Shown: one piece after another, positions 16,212 through 17,319 of the stretch
Position numbering within the stretch: position 1 is the first letter of the stretch
Layout: each line of letters opens with the position of its first letter
Virus record (IMG/VR): IMGVR_UViG_2547132281_000005
Direction: 5' to 3' (one strand)
Length of the DNA: 17,319 nucleotides
Origin: a virus
Lineage: Duplodnaviria; Heunggongvirae; Uroviricota; Caudoviricetes
Program-made: the position numbers and the translations under genes
The notes under the pieces: generated by a model
Told to the model about the DNA's origin: nothing
Databases searched by the model: none
The model's input: only the letters and a program-made list of their open reading frames with translations

Positions 16212-17319
16212 AACCAATGTTCCGGGATTATCTCCTTATTTTGACAAAAGAAATAACAAAGTTTACTGGCGTTACAGGCATCCCATAACAGGCAAAAATC
16301 ACGGTCTCGGCAGTATTGACCAGAAACTGGCAGAAACTATTGCAGCAGAAGCGAACAGCCGTCTTGCCCGGCAGCAAATGGAACAAATGCTCAGTCTGCA
16401 GGAGAAAATTATTAGTGATACCGGCGGTTCATCAACCGTTACCATTTTTCTGAATAATTACAGAAAAATTCAACAGGAAAGATATGAAAACGGCGAGATC
16501 AAACTCAACACGCTGAAACAGAAAGCGGCCCCTCTCAGGGTATTTGATGAACGTTTTGGCACCAGACCGTTAGATGCCATAACCGTAAAAGATGTGGTAT
16601 CAGTACTGGAAGAGTACAAGGCCAGAGGACATAACAGAATGGGACAAATTTTCAGGAAGGTACTGATCGATGTTTTCCGGGAAGCTCAGCAAACGGGCGA
16701 TGTCCCGCCAGGCTTTAACCCTGCAGAATCGGCAAAAAAACCGCAGGTGCGGATATCAAGACAGCGACTGACTTTTGATGAGTGGATGATGATTTATAAC
16801 GCAGCGGAAAAGGATGGTTACTTTTTACAGCGCGGTATGCTGCTGGCACTGATGACAGGCCAGCGCCTTTCAGATATTTGCAAAATGCAATTTTCGGATA
16901 TCCGGGATGGTTATCTTCATGTCGAACAGCAAAAAACAGGAACCCGGATTGCCATCCCTCTGGCTCTGCGTTGCGATAAATTAAATCTCACCCTGGATGA
17001 TGTAGTGTCATCCTGCCGCGATTGTGTTCTTAGTCCGTGGCTATTGCACCACCATCACGCGAAAGGGACAGCTAAGCGCGGCGGGATGGTTAAGCCAGCA
17101 ACATTAACCGTTGCATTTAAAAAAGCCCGGGATTCTGTGGATTACAACTGGCGTGCTAATGGCACCCCACCCTCTTTCCATGAGCAGAGATCTTTATCAG
17201 AGCGATTGTTCAGAGAGCTGGGGGTTGATACCAAAATTTTGCTAGGCCATTCGAATCAAAAAATGACCGATATTTACAACGATGTACGCGGTAAGGAGTG
17301 GAAAAAACTGGTCATTTGA
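16189..17319 (+). CDS. int: Lambda-family tyrosine integrase (376 aa)
   Basis: N-terminal arm-binding motif LSPYFDKRNNKVYWRYRHPITGKNHGLG parallels lambda Int (LPPNLYIRNNGYYCYRDPRTGKEFGLG); C-terminus LLGHSNQKMTDIYNDV carries the catalytic Tyr region. Stop TGA is the last codon of the window. Confidence 0.9.
   Translation: MARPRKYKTNVPGLSPYFDKRNNKVYWRYRHPITGKNHGLGSIDQKLAETIAAEANSRLARQQMEQMLSLQEKIISDTGGSSTVTIFLNNYRKIQQERYENGEIKLNTLKQKAAPLRVFDERFGTRPLDAITVKDVVSVLEEYKARGHNRMGQIFRKVLIDVFREAQQTGDVPPGFNPAESAKKPQVRISRQRLTFDEWMMIYNAAEKDGYFLQRGMLLALMTGQRLSDICKMQFSDIRDGYLHVEQQKTGTRIAIPLALRCDKLNLTLDDVVSSCRDCVLSPWLLHHHHAKGTAKRGGMVKPATLTVAFKKARDSVDYNWRANGTPPSFHEQRSLSERLFRELGVDTKILLGHSNQKMTDIYNDVRGKEWKKLVI

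Overview
The window reads as a defective lambdoid (Rac-like) prophage remnant from an enterobacterial genome, with an AT-rich cargo island in its middle. All calls are from reading the sequence and ORF track by eye; no homology search, fold prediction or GC computation was run. Left to right: a Rha-family regulator gene (1-558); a tail-fibre remnant on the minus strand (N-terminally truncated side tail fibre fragment 2603-3550, translationally coupled to a full Tfa 2019-2603), with a small class I SAM methyltransferase (1296-1964) sitting between two direct repeats of the tfa 3' end; a hok/mok type I toxin locus (4113-4325); an AT-rich island (about 4740-8800) holding a 4-TM membrane protein gene split by a complete IS5 (5327-6521, TTAG target duplication), a TehB-like methyltransferase (6912-7571) and a convergent 299-aa orphan gene (7886-8785); a truncated replication/immunity module (replisome-organiser gene with internal iterons, YdaT-like, Cro-like, divergent cI-like repressor with a repeated operator motif); then a rightward operon of small ORFs, a GC-rich roughly 400-nt structured non-coding stretch, an 823-aa protein with a C-terminal DnaQ/Orn-like exonuclease domain, xis and a lambda-type integrase ending at the window edge. 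No head, tail-shaft, lysis or helicase-loader genes, rRNA, tRNA or CRISPR array were seen. The strongest candidates for an undescribed system are the membrane-protein/methyltransferase/299-aa island, the 823-aa exonuclease fusion in the recE position, and the structured non-coding region.
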